A stretch of DNA of 36,558 nucleotides from a virus (Duplodnaviria; Caudoviricetes): positions 1-36,558 of IMG/VR virus record IMGVR_UViG_3300043406_000013. One strand, 5' to 3'. The notes beneath the pieces were generated by a model, which saw only the letters and a program-made list of their open reading frames with translations, was not told where the DNA came from and did no database searches. This document shows, piece after piece, positions 19,652-27,082 of the stretch. The translations under genes and the position numbers were made by a program. Within the stretch, counting starts at the first letter, position 1, and every line of letters begins with the position of its first letter.

Positions 19652-20385
19652 ACGTCAGGCGTCCTGACGAGTCGGACCGTAAGGTCGGTCGTGGAGGCAT
19701 AAGACGGAGTTGAGCCGACAGAGGTCACGAGATATCCGAAGAGAGACGTGGACCCCGATGTCACGCAGACCTTGTCCACCTTGCGGGTAGAGAACTGGTT
19801 CAGGGTGGTTGCGGACCCGACGTAGTACGGACCGCTGTCGATGATGCCGACACAGGTCGCCATGTCGCCGTCAGTCGGCTGCCACGCGTTGTTGTCGCCG
19901 GGTGAGGTCAGCGTGGGCGCAGCGTTGAACAGCCATAGCTGGAGGGCCGCTCCGACGTTCGCCTTCGACAGAATGTGCATCTCATCGATACGACAAGCGT
20001 TGCCAGCCGTGCTCACCATGTTGGTGAACGTCAGGAGCGTGCCGACCTGATCGAGCGCCGCGTAGGCGCCTACGGTTATCGTGGTAGCGGCGGGGGCGCT
20101 TTCCGCTGCGTTGGGGAACTGGTCCGATGCCAGGGCGACGCCAAGACTCGCCGCCTTGGTGGTCTGGCCGACAGGCAGCAGCGTGGTCAGCCGTTGCGCG
20201 ATGCGCTGGAGGCGCCCGTTCATCCCGCTTGACGCGGTATCGGTAGCCGGTGCCGTCTCGTTGACAGCCCCGATCAGCACGCCGTTAGCGGCGGCAGGAA
20301 AGTCAGTGATCTGTGTCCCGCTGGCATTCAGCAGGATGACGGGGCGGGCGCCCTCGCCGGTCGTGGAGTCTGCGATGGACGGCAT
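19648..20385 (-). CDS. Putative virion structural protein
   Basis: 245 aa, Thr/Ala/Ser-rich, beta-rich C-terminal half, inside the structural cluster. Confidence 0.55.
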   Translation of the reverse strand: MPSIADSTTGEGARPVILLNASGTQITDFPAAANGVLIGAVNETAPATDTASSGMNGRLQRIAQRLTTLLPVGQTTKAASLGVALASDQFPNAAESAPAATTITVGAYAALDQVGTLLTFTNMVSTAGNACRIDEMHILSKANVGAALQLWLFNAAPTLTSPGDNNAWQPTDGDMATCVGIIDSGPYYVGSATTLNQFSTRKVDKVCVTSGSTSLFGYLVTSVGSTPSYASTTDLTVRLVRTPDV

Positions 20386-20849
20386 CAGCGAGTACCCATC
20401 GAGTTCTGCCGAGCGCCGCTACCGGGACCGGGCCGCTTGGGGCCGAGCTTGTTGGGCGGCTTGGGGGGTGGCTTCATCGGGGGAGTCTTCTTGGCGGGCA
20501 TCGCCGTGGTGCCCTTCACGCCTGCGGTCGTCCAGCCATTGGCCGTACGACGAGCACCGATCGCCATTGCTTCCTTCTTGCCCACGCCACGGTGGTCCAT
20601 GATCCGCGCGATGGCCTCACGCTCACCGGGCTGCATCCCCTTCTGGGAGAATGCAGACTTCAGGTCCGCGTAGGGCAGCGTCGAAGGATTGACACGCCCC
20701 GTATCCGGGTTCAGCAACGGACCTTCGGGCGCCTTGGTGGGCGTCTTCTTCTCGAACGGGTTCCGGGCCTTCGGCTGGGCGCCAGGAGGCGCCTTCATCC
20801 CACCGGGCTGCTTGCGCCGCCCACGGGGCGACTTGGTGTTGGGCGGCAT
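20385..20849 (-). CDS. Basic Pro/Lys/Gly-rich low-complexity protein
   Basis: 154 aa, coupled to the next gene (TGATG overlap). Confidence 0.65.
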   Translation of the reverse strand: MPPNTKSPRGRRKQPGGMKAPPGAQPKARNPFEKKTPTKAPEGPLLNPDTGRVNPSTLPYADLKSAFSQKGMQPGEREAIARIMDHRGVGKKEAMAIGARRTANGWTTAGVKGTTAMPAKKTPPMKPPPKPPNKLGPKRPGPGSGARQNSMGTR

Positions 20850-20860
20850 ATCTGGTCCTG

Positions 20861-21544
20861 TCAGTACATTCCGCCACCCGGAAGGGTGGGTGCTGGCTTG
20901 GGGGGTGCTGGCTTGGCGATGGGGCCGGTCTTGCCGGTGCCACGATTGCTGCCAGTGCCCTTGTTCGGAGGCTTCTTCGGGAGGCTCTTGCCGCCACCCG
21001 TACCGCCACCCTTCGGCTTGCCGATGGGGGACGTGCCGCCGTGCTTGTGATGCGTCGGCTTCTTGGGCGGGTCAGGGTTCTTGCCGCCACCCGTGTGGTT
21101 CCCCGGCTTGTTGGGGTTCTTCGGTCCGTTCGGGTGTGGCTTCGGGTGTGGCTTCGGATGCGGCTTGGGGTGATGCGGCTTCGGACGATCCGGGTGCTGG
21201 GGCTTCGGTCGCGGCCTGGGACGGTGCGGTCCGTTGGGCCTATCCGGTCCCGGTGGGTTCGGGTTGTTGGGACCAGGTTCCTTCGGGGGCGGTTCCAGCC
21301 CCGCCTTGTACTTGGCGATGACCGCGTTCGCTGCTGCGTCCTCGCGCTGCGTGTCGGTCATCTGGGCGATGCGCGACAAGTCCTGCGGCATCCCATACTT
21401 TTTGTATACCTGGAGGTTCCGTTTGATATACGAACTGTCTACTGGCGACACGCTCTGCTGGTAGCCCGTCAGCACACCCGACTGGCCACCCTTGTCCGTG
21501 TTGGCGAACCGTGACGGCGCGGCATCCCGCCGCTGGGTCACCAT
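20861..21544 (-). CDS. Basic Pro/Lys/His-rich low-complexity protein
   Basis: 227 aa with KPHP repeats and a long disordered C-terminal two-thirds. Confidence 0.65.
   Translation of the reverse strand: MVTQRRDAAPSRFANTDKGGQSGVLTGYQQSVSPVDSSYIKRNLQVYKKYGMPQDLSRIAQMTDTQREDAAANAVIAKYKAGLEPPPKEPGPNNPNPPGPDRPNGPHRPRPRPKPQHPDRPKPHHPKPHPKPHPKPHPNGPKNPNKPGNHTGGGKNPDPPKKPTHHKHGGTSPIGKPKGGGTGGGKSLPKKPPNKGTGSNRGTGKTGPIAKPAPPKPAPTLPGGGMY
21131..21184. repeat. Degenerate 12-bp tandem repeat encoding KPHP
   Basis: cgggtgtggctt-type units, about four copies. Confidence 0.7.
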
Positions 21545-22111
21545 CTAGTTCGCGGCAGCTTCCACTGCGGCCAGGGTCGTGGCGGCAAGGCTGATGGCCT
21601 GCCACGTCGTGGCGGTGGTGCAGATGGCAATGACCATCGCGCTGGCGGCGATGGCGGACTCGCCCGCGGTATCGGTCCCGCCATTGATCGCCACGGTCGC
21701 TGGGGCACTCGACCGGAGTTCGTAGCCAGTGGAACCATTCCGCAGGATCACGATGGTGCCGGGGGTGGGTGCCGGCAGGACGATGATGAAGTTCGCGTCA
21801 GACGACGTGACGGTGATGAAGTTCAGCATCCCCCGCGACGTGATGATCGCGGTGGTCAGGCCATCCGTGGTCGCAGTCCGGGCCACGTTGACCGTCGAGA
21901 CATCCGCCACGGCGTCGATCTCGGCAGCGGTGGACCCGACCGCGGTACCGGCAAGCTGAAGTGCGGCGATGTTGACGCCTGACAGTCCAGCCGCGAGTTG
22001 CATCACGGCGCTGGAGTTGACCGATAGCAGTTCCGAGAACTTGTCAGTGCGGGCAGCGCGGGAATAGATGGCGCCGCCTGCCTCCAGAACGGCATCTGAG
22101 AGATTGGGCAT
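21545..22111 (-). CDS. Putative virion structural protein
   Basis: 188 aa, Ala/Thr-rich; C-terminal IVLPAPTPGTIVILRN..INGG..W module seen in phage fibre/head proteins; GGAG RBS. Confidence 0.6.
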   Translation of the reverse strand: MPNLSDAVLEAGGAIYSRAARTDKFSELLSVNSSAVMQLAAGLSGVNIAALQLAGTAVGSTAAEIDAVADVSTVNVARTATTDGLTTAIITSRGMLNFITVTSSDANFIIVLPAPTPGTIVILRNGSTGYELRSSAPATVAINGGTDTAGESAIAASAMVIAICTTATTWQAISLAATTLAAVEAAAN

Positions 22112-22376
22112 GACGGCTCCGGGTGCTGAACATGGGATATCCCCGACAGACCACAGGTGGTGATCGTCGGGGAGGATTACGCGAGTAGGAAAGCCCGGAG
22201 TCTTGGCTTGCCCCGCTACGGGGAGACTCTTATCTCACTTCCTGGGATGCAGTCGGGAGAGGCTACACGCCAGACGGGGAGTCTCGGGATGGCTGGCTAG
22301 GCAGGCTTGCGGTCCGACACATTCAACCTCAAAAGGCTGTGCGGTCCAGCTACCTAGGCATCACGCTGAGACGTTG
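22112..22376 (-). ncRNA. Candidate structured non-coding leader / RNA upstream of the virion genes
   Basis: About 265 nt with no credible ORF and several nested stems: CTAGGTAG/CTGCCTAG, GAGACTC/GAGTCTC, CCCC/GGGG, CTCCGGG/CCCGGAG, TCCCCGAC/GTCGGGGA. No family recognised. Confidence 0.35.
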
Positions 22377-22595
22377 CTAGAGGTCTGTGATCCGGACTTC
22401 GATACGGTCGATGGACGGGCCGTCCGTCAACCAACTAGCGGTATAGGTTCTGCCGCCGTCGAAGTTCAGCACGGCGTTCGTCAGTCCTGACACGGGTGCT
22501 AGGAGGTCCGCCAGCAGGCGCTCGCTCCACACCCTGACGAGTTCGTCCCACGGGTCCGGTTCGGCGCGCCACTCCCACTCGCCCCACTCAGTCAC
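22377..22595 (-). CDS. Hypothetical protein
   Basis: 72 aa, Trp-rich N-terminus, overlaps the upstream ORF. Confidence 0.55.
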   Translation of the reverse strand: MTEWGEWEWRAEPDPWDELVRVWSERLLADLLAPVSGLTNAVLNFDGGRTYTASWLTDGPSIDRIEVRITDL

Positions 22596-22725
22596 GGGAC
22601 TCGGCCCGTATCCGCTCGATCTCGGACGCGAAGTCCTCCACGCCCAGCCGCTCCATCGCGGTCAGCAGACTGAGCTTATCCGGGTGCCAGGACGGCAAGT
22701 CCTTCCGGTACAGGGTTTCCCACAA
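22588..22725 (-). CDS. Hypothetical protein (start uncertain)
   Basis: C-terminal part of track ORF 22588-22833 (LWETLYRKDLPSWHPDKLSLL...). A TTG at 22725 minimises overlap. Confidence 0.35.
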   Translation of the reverse strand: MWETLYRKDLPSWHPDKLSLLTAMERLGVEDFASEIERIRAESRD

Positions 22726-22903
22726 GCTCCAATCGGGACCGGACGTACGAGTCGTCAAGTTCCTGCTTGCAGTCGTCACACACCCAGATGTCGTAGAAGG
22801 GCCGGTCGGCAACGGGGACCCCTGACGGGTCAAGCGGCATGACCCCGGTGAACATCATCCGGAGTTGGTGCGCGCCGTTCGGGTGCTCGCACTCAGCAGT
22901 CAA
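22676..22903 (-). CDS. Small putative zinc-binding protein
   Basis: TTG start at 22903 within track ORF 22676-22930; CEH...CDDC motif. Confidence 0.45.
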   Translation of the reverse strand: MTAECEHPNGAHQLRMMFTGVMPLDPSGVPVADRPFYDIWVCDDCKQELDDSYVRSRLELVGNPVPEGLAVLAPG

Positions 22904-23315
22904 CTTCCGCCAGCAGGGTAGGCATCTCATAGAAGATCGACACGCCAGCCGGGATGACCAGGTTCACTTCAGCGCCCAGCACATCGATGAGTGCGGTATC
23001 CGCTCGCCTGACGGCATCCTCATGGGCCTCCATGACCGTGATGCCACGCTCCAGGAAGTACCACATCTCGCGCATCGCCAGGATGGCCTCCCGACCGCAG
23101 TCGGGGATCTCCATGCCATCGATGAACGCGATGCCCTCCTCGGACAACCGGGTGATGTCTTCACGCCCCTGCGGAGAGACACCGTTCGTCTGGGCCAGCA
23201 GCGCGATGGCAGCTTCGGTATCCGCATAGATGTCCGAGAGATCCCGACTGTCTGCGATCACCGGACTGCCGATGAGCGACACGCTCAGGATGATGCCTGC
23301 CAGGAGACGCTTCAC
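22893..23315 (-). CDS. Putative exported protein with signal peptide
   Basis: MKRLLAGIILSVSLIGSPVIA has the basic-hydrophobic-small residue pattern, followed by an acidic helical mature region. Confidence 0.65.
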   Translation of the reverse strand: MKRLLAGIILSVSLIGSPVIADSRDLSDIYADTEAAIALLAQTNGVSPQGREDITRLSEEGIAFIDGMEIPDCGREAILAMREMWYFLERGITVMEAHEDAVRRADTALIDVLGAEVNLVIPAGVSIFYEMPTLLAEVDC

Positions 23316-23339
23316 TGTGACTGACTTTCTTTTTAAATC

Positions 23340-23560
23340 TCGCGCGTGTTCTCCGGTAGTTCACTTCTACAGTTATCTAACCACTGTATCGGTTCGTTCA
23401 CTACCGTGGTGGGTCGCTTCGCTCCCTGCTTGTGGTCGTACTCACTGTTCGCTTACGCTCACAGTGAGTACTCCTCTATATATATAGCAATGTTGTACTG
23501 CTAGTTCATGCTCTATCCACTACACGTTTATAGTAAATGTAACCATTCCGCAACTTTAGT
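23340..23560. other. AT-rich hairpin cluster, candidate replication origin / priming signal
   Basis: Three stem-loops with related TCGYTTCRCT-like loops (23390-23406, 23411-23426, 23438-23471), palindrome CTATATATATAG (23476-23487), locally low GC, between divergent blocks. Confidence 0.45.
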
Positions 23561-24004
23561 GGGTTCCAGGGGTCATTTCGGCACTTCCTACGGGGCGTGC
23601 AGCCTACTTCAGTCATTCAAAAATGGAGTTCGGCAGATCATGTTTCCTGGGGAGTAGAGGGGTTCTGGGACTTGTTGCGTGAGGGCATCTCTAGCCTCAG
23701 AGGATCGCGCCAGCGGTTGCCACCCGGCCAGGGGGGACGAACCGTTTCGCGAGACTGCGCGCATATGCCCTATGTGGGCCTCAGATCGTGTGCTGTCACG
23801 CTCACAAGGTGATCTTTGTTACATAACCATTGATGTCGGTACCTGTGATCAGGTGCGCTTTAGTCTGGGCATATGGGGCCAAGCTTACGGCGTAAGCCCC
23901 ATAAGTAGTCACACTGCATCACACTGCCTCATGCTGTCTGACGCCTGTCCGTGTCTCTCACCCTACACTGTAAGTACGTAGTCGCCATCCGTGATCTTCC
24001 TATC

Positions 24005-24033
24005 TTGCATCCTGCATCCTGTGCAGCGACAAT
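24005..24033 (+). promoter_or_regulatory. Putative sigma70-type promoter of the early block
   Basis: TTGCAT-17 nt-GACAAT, about 40 nt upstream of the first rightward ATG. Confidence 0.5.
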
Positions 24034-24073
24034 GTGCAGTGTCTGGGTTCACTCACTCATCGGAGGTTCGGCT

Positions 24074-24493
24074 ATGTCTACGATCACAGTCGGCACGCGC
24101 GTGCATCATGCTGCGCCCGAGCCACGCGACCATCGCGAGGGTATCGTCCAGTCGGTGGACTCTGACGGACTGCTGACGGTTCACTGGTATCGGCTGTCGG
24201 ACTCACTCGCAACTGCCATCGGCGCGACCGAGTACGTGTCGCGTATGGCACCTTCCATCCTCGTGGCATTCGACAGGGAGTCAGGACCCATGGTAACCAA
24301 GGACCAGCTAACGGCACGCAAGCGCGGCAAAGGTGGCACCGTGCTACGCCTCACGGATGGCCGCATCGTGGTCGTCAAGGACATGATGCAACGTGCCACG
24401 TACTACAAGCCCGACCGCATCGGAGTCGGGTCGCCTGACGATGGGCTAGCGTTCGGCATCACCCTTGACCAGATCGCGGAGATTATCTCATGA
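24074..24493 (+). CDS. Hypothetical early protein (possibly SH3/KOW-like barrels)
   Basis: ATG 24074 with CATCGGAGGT RBS; 139 aa MSTITVGTRV..GIVQSVD; start refined from track ORF 23951. Confidence 0.7.
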   Translation: MSTITVGTRVHHAAPEPRDHREGIVQSVDSDGLLTVHWYRLSDSLATAIGATEYVSRMAPSILVAFDRESGPMVTKDQLTARKRGKGGTVLRLTDGRIVVVKDMMQRATYYKPDRIGVGSPDDGLAFGITLDQIAEIIS

Positions 24494-25122
24494 GCTACCA
24501 GCACACAGACGAACGCAACGGACTCTGCGGTCAGTGTATCGATGAGACGACGGACCACGGTCGCGACCCTGAAGCGCTCAACGCTTGCGCGGCAGCCTAT
24601 CAGGACGCGCCCGGTATGTGCGCATGTGGTCATCCCGTCATCCTTCGCTGCGACGACTGCGGAACCGTCATTCGCGATGGCGTGTCATTCGACCATGACG
24701 AGACTCACGTTGCCACGTTGTCGGATATGACAACCTACGACCGAGCCATCGCCTACGCTCGCGAGCGTGGCGCTCGTGACGGTTCCAACGCCGGAGAATG
24801 GTACGCACAGGATACGTTCGGCGGTCGCGTGACGCGCCACGTTGCTGATAATGCACGTGGCGTGCTGGCCGCTATCGAGAACGGGGACGACTATGGAGGC
24901 CCGACAGCCGATCTTTCCGGAGAATGGGCCGATACGCTCACTGGCCCGCAACTGGTCGAGGATGCGTTGTTTCACGTCGATCCTCTCGAGGAACATCGAG
25001 CCGGTATCGATGGCCACGCCATATTCACCGATATCTGCGACGCATACGAGGATGCTTACCGCATGGCAGCCGACGATACCATCGCGCGCTTGGCACGGCT
25101 CGCCATTCCCGACGCGGACTAG
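24490..25122 (+). CDS. Acidic hypothetical protein with Cys-rich N-terminus
   Basis: 210 aa, ATGA overlap; CGQC, CACGH, CDDC motifs. Confidence 0.75.
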   Translation: MSYQHTDERNGLCGQCIDETTDHGRDPEALNACAAAYQDAPGMCACGHPVILRCDDCGTVIRDGVSFDHDETHVATLSDMTTYDRAIAYARERGARDGSNAGEWYAQDTFGGRVTRHVADNARGVLAAIENGDDYGGPTADLSGEWADTLTGPQLVEDALFHVDPLEEHRAGIDGHAIFTDICDAYEDAYRMAADDTIARLARLAIPDAD

Positions 25123-25170
25123 TGCATATCCGATGCGCCCGACATCGGGCGCGCGGGATGGGCATTAGTC
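25117..25170 (+). promoter_or_regulatory. Conserved intergenic hairpin, copy 1
   Basis: GACTAGTGC-a-TATCC-GA-TGCGCCCGA-ca-TCGGGCGCG-CG-GGATG-g-GCATTAGTC. Confidence 0.75.
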
Positions 25171-25199
25171 TCCCCATCACTCGTCAGGGAGTCTGCACA

Positions 25200-25766
25200 A
25201 TGGCTACCAAGTTTCCCGACCCGGACGCATACGGCTCGATCAAGCCACGTCCGGCCATTGTCACGCTGTCATGGTCCGAGGATAAACCGGGCGGATATGG
25301 CACGCAGTATGCGCACCTAGAGTGTGCCGCGATGCGGCTCGATCCTGACGGTACACCGCGCAATGGTGGCCACCGTGACGCGCTGGAAGGACTCACAGCG
25401 ACCGCACAATGGTCCCGTGAGGATATGGCGCAGTCTGGTGCGTCACAGCCCTACGCGTGGCAGGTGGCCTACCACGACGCATACCGGATCACATTCGAGG
25501 ATGCCGAGAGGATGCTCGACACGCTGAAGGTGGTACGGCGATCATTCGAGCGTATCGCGCTGGACGCTGGGCAACCTACCGATTTTGGTACCTTCGCACT
25601 CCGGTTCGCTCGTGCCATCGGTGCCACGGCGGCCATGTTCCGCCCGACATCCTCGCAGCGTGCAGCATGGCTGTCTGATGGTGAATGGATCACTCTCGAC
25701 GTTGCAGACATTCCAGGATGGTTCGCGCGCAGGACCGCCGAATATCGGGAGTCTGCGACCGCTTGA
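25200..25766 (+). CDS. Hypothetical early protein
   Basis: ATG 25200 with AGGGAG RBS; 188 aa MATKFPDPDAY...; start refined from track ORF 24924. Confidence 0.75.
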   Translation: MATKFPDPDAYGSIKPRPAIVTLSWSEDKPGGYGTQYAHLECAAMRLDPDGTPRNGGHRDALEGLTATAQWSREDMAQSGASQPYAWQVAYHDAYRITFEDAERMLDTLKVVRRSFERIALDAGQPTDFGTFALRFARAIGATAAMFRPTSSQRAAWLSDGEWITLDVADIPGWFARRTAEYRESATA

Positions 25767-25811
25767 CGCCATCCGATACCGCTCCGACTGTGAGCGGTAC
25801 GGGATGCCGTT
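25765..25811 (+). promoter_or_regulatory. Conserved intergenic hairpin, copy 2
   Basis: GACG-c-CATCC-GA-TACCGCTC-cgactgt-GAGCGGTA-CG-GGATG-c-CGTT. Confidence 0.75.
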
Positions 25812-25837
25812 CGGCATCGTACATCGGAGGTCAGACA

Positions 25838-26041
25838 ATGGCACGGAAACCGCTACCGAAACCGCCTACGATCGTGGCATACCGCCCTAACGGCGTGGAG
25901 TATCAGCGCGTTACATCATGGGACGTGGAAGTGACCGCTAACATGATGCGTGGAGCAATCCGCAACGATCGCGGGTGGACGCCAACATTCCGCGTGCTGT
26001 CTGGCGAGGGGCAGGACATCACACATGTCTACCGTGTCTGA
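25838..26041 (+). CDS. Hypothetical early protein
   Basis: CATCGGAGGTCAG RBS then ATG; 67 aa MARKPLPKPP... Confidence 0.7.
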   Translation: MARKPLPKPPTIVAYRPNGVEYQRVTSWDVEVTANMMRGAIRNDRGWTPTFRVLSGEGQDITHVYRV

Positions 26042-26234
26042 CCGCTGGAAGCCCTGCTATGTGGCGTGGCGAGAGTCTACCGCCCACGAGCTGGCCCGCT
26101 CGTGGCACGAGCACTATCCCGACCGCGAGTACCGCGTCCGGACAGTCCCCGTGACCGATGCTCAGGAACGCTACAACCGAGCCTATCCCACCGACACGCA
26201 GTACCGCGTCTCATACGCCGTTGAGGTTCGATGA
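26025..26234 (+). CDS. Hypothetical early protein
   Basis: 69 aa MSTVSDRWKPC..., AGGA upstream, stop coupled to the next ORF. Confidence 0.6.
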   Translation: MSTVSDRWKPCYVAWRESTAHELARSWHEHYPDREYRVRTVPVTDAQERYNRAYPTDTQYRVSYAVEVR

Positions 26235-26401
26235 TGGATTGCAACCGACGCCCACCCGATCACCCTGCCGATTGTCAATGCACGTACCCGACACGCGGGC
26301 AGCGCAACCGTTGCGTCCGTTGTGGTTACATCATGCGCAGGTTGCCTTGCGCGAAGTCTCCCGGTCACGATGGCCCGTGCAGCTTTCAGGAGGCGCCATG
26401 A
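26231..26401 (+). CDS. 56-aa Cys/His-rich protein (absent from ORF track)
   Basis: MMDCNRRPPDHPADCQCTYPTRGQRNRCVRCGYIMRRLPCAKSPGHDGPCSFQEAP, with ATGA overlaps at both ends. Confidence 0.65.
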   Translation: MMDCNRRPPDHPADCQCTYPTRGQRNRCVRCGYIMRRLPCAKSPGHDGPCSFQEAP

Positions 26402-26637
26402 GTCCCGTTATGGTCCGGTACCAGGATGCGCAGGACCGCCTGCGCGACGCCCAGCGTCGTTATGAGGCTAACCGTTCCTGCAATGCATCGGAGACCGCCC
26501 TATCGGCAGCGATCAAGGATGTGCTGGTAGCGCGTGCCGATATCGAGTCATGCCGTCGAGCCTACTCGGAGGCATGGCACCGCCAGCACCCGGACGCCGT
26601 TTGCGAGGCCGGGGAATGCATGATGCCTATTGACTAG
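26398..26637 (+). CDS. Hypothetical helical protein
   Basis: AGGAGG RBS, ATG 26398, 79 aa. Confidence 0.7.
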   Translation: MSPVMVRYQDAQDRLRDAQRRYEANRSCNASETALSAAIKDVLVARADIESCRRAYSEAWHRQHPDAVCEAGECMMPID

Positions 26638-26657
26638 TGCCATGCATGGGATACACT
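26630..26657 (+). promoter_or_regulatory. Putative sigma70-type promoter
   Basis: TTGACT-16 nt-TACACT, about 40 nt upstream of the ArdA-like gene ATG. Confidence 0.6.
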
Positions 26658-26698
26658 GCACATAGCGAATCAGCATCATGCATCGGAGGTCAGGAACC

Positions 26699-27079
26699 AT
26701 GCAAGGACCGAAGTACACGTACACCGATGACCGTCTCGACTCGCGGGACCTGTTGGAACGGCTGGACGAGCTAGCCGACCGCGAGGACGACGAGTCCGAC
26801 CCGTTGGACGAGGACGAGATTGTGGAGCTAGTGATGCTCCGCGAGCTACGGGACGAGACCGAGGGCTATGCGGGTGACTCGTGGCGGGATGGCGTGGCGT
26901 TCGTCTCTGACCGCGATTTCGAGAACTATGCGCAGGAGCTTGCCGAGGATGTCTGCGACATCGATTTCGGGAAACTCGCGTGGCCCCTCACATGCATCGA
27001 TTGGGAGCAGGCCGCGGGCGAGCTTCGGATGGACTACTCGTCCTGCGAGATCGATGGCCGCACGTACTGGTACCAGTAA
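26699..27079 (+). CDS. Highly acidic ArdA-like putative antirestriction / DNA-mimic protein
   Basis: 126 aa, about 30% Asp+Glu by my count. F..YAQELAED...CIDWEQAAGEL..DY resembles the ArdA C-terminal domain. CATCGGAGGTCAGG RBS. Confidence 0.6.
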   Translation: MQGPKYTYTDDRLDSRDLLERLDELADREDDESDPLDEDEIVELVMLRELRDETEGYAGDSWRDGVAFVSDRDFENYAQELAEDVCDIDFGKLAWPLTCIDWEQAAGELRMDYSSCEIDGRTYWYQ

Positions 27080-27082
27080 CCG

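Noticed and set aside
16674-21547. In-frame TAG-ATG junctions (16675, 18668, 21545) suggesting readthrough or TAG recoding
   Set aside because: No conserved gene is interrupted by TAG, no suppressor tRNA is present, and tight packing explains such junctions.
721-22000. Many long plus-strand ORFs (e.g. 3968-5425, 9958-11376, 2837-3847)
   Set aside because: Antisense shadows of GC-rich minus-strand genes; no motifs, and fully overlapped by recognisable phage genes.
22200-22300. tRNA-like cloverleaf within the structured leader
   Set aside because: No TTCRA T-loop or canonical D-arm and anticodon-arm spacing on either strand.
23597-23981. Short plus-strand ORFs in the control region
   Set aside because: No RBS, atypical composition and not coupled to neighbours; more likely non-coding. 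A hairpin at about 23872-23903 was noted but has no supporting context.
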